Shown one piece after another: positions 63,886-64,000 of a DNA stretch of 64,000 nucleotides. The stretch is taken from positions 96,001 through 160,000 of the forward strand of contig CM000429.1 of the NCBI GenBank assembly GCA_000165345.1, read 5' to 3'. Below the pieces are notes generated by a model. That model had not been told where the DNA came from. It made no database searches and saw only the letters and a list, made by a program, of their open reading frames with translations. Position numbers and translations under genes: made by a program. Each line of letters begins with the position of its first letter. The stretch's first letter is position 1.

Positions 63886-64000
63886 ATGGATACGTTTAGA
63901 ATTGCCAAACTGTTGTTATTTTTGACAACGCTAATAGCTATAAAGATCGCAGAAGAGAGAGTAACATTAAATTTATGTCAGATTTCTATAAATAGTTTAA
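63886..64000 (+). CDS. 5' end of a signal-peptide gene that continues past the window end (partial)
   Basis: ATG at 63886. MDTFRIAKLLLFLTTLIAIKIAEERVTLNLCQISINSL stays open to nt 64000. Hydrophobic N-terminus. Confidence 0.3.
   Translation, partial: MDTFRIAKLLLFLTTLIAIKIAEERVTLNLCQISINSL

Noticed and set aside
1-64000. CRISPR arrays, transposons/IS elements, prokaryotic operon-style defence systems, telomeric repeats
   Set aside because: No regularly spaced repeat-spacer architecture was found. The regular repeats at 39460-39985 are coding. I found no terminal inverted repeats, transposase or integrase ORFs, and no TTTAGGG-type arrays. The sequence is ordinary eukaryotic chromosomal DNA.

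Overview
The window is an AT-rich (about 30% GC), gene-dense eukaryotic nuclear segment with genes on both strands and many very low-complexity (Asn/Ser/Lys/Pro-rich) proteins. Almost every intergenic gap carries E2F-like GGCGGGAA or (T)GGCGCC boxes and GCATGCA boxes, the upstream motif set established for Cryptosporidium. I therefore read it as Cryptosporidium-like apicomplexan DNA. This is an inference: I could run no search.

I support about 26 protein-coding genes and one tRNA. Recognisable by sequence:
- two tandem V-ATPase 16-kDa proteolipid (c-subunit) paralogs
- a dynamin-related GTPase
- an Exo5-family nuclease with a Cas4-like FeS signature
- a mitochondrial-carrier (oxoglutarate-carrier-like) protein
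- UTP11, NOP10 and Bud20/ZNF593
- a FAM136A-like CX3C protein
- a Sec66-like membrane protein
- a WD40 protein
- tRNA-Leu(UAG)

There are also several giant or secreted repeat-rich proteins.

Hunt results:
1. At least eight genes need short GT-AG introns (57-154 nt, mostly GTAAGT donors).
   - Three small multi-exon genes are invisible in the ORF track: FAM136A-like, Bud20 and NOP10.
   - Four further genes only become complete after splicing: dynamin (12-codon 5' micro-exon), the mitochondrial carrier (5' exon with its first transmembrane helix (TM1) and the PxDxxK motif), UTP11, and the WD40 gene.
   - Two track ORFs (9168..9665 and 9665..10057) are parts of one 4-exon gene.
   - Every spliced CDS I built has a length divisible by three.
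2. A recurrent intergenic motif, ATACCGG(C/T)ATT (core TACCGG), occurs 7 times and only between genes, usually beside GCATGCA and E2F boxes.
3. A promoter-like motif cluster sits in a 3'-3' convergent gap with no ORF (15466-15540).
4. The 3' quarter of the window is a run of consecutive signal-peptide genes. One encodes a Cys-rich, Thr-stalk protein with a GPI-like C-terminal hydrophobic tail.
5. Two track ORFs begin on non-ATG codons: TTG at 20734 (the real ATG is at 20770) and GTG at 36406 (the real start is in an upstream micro-exon).

I saw no mobile elements, CRISPR or prokaryote-style defence loci. All coordinates I derived by hand for splice sites may be off by a few nt.
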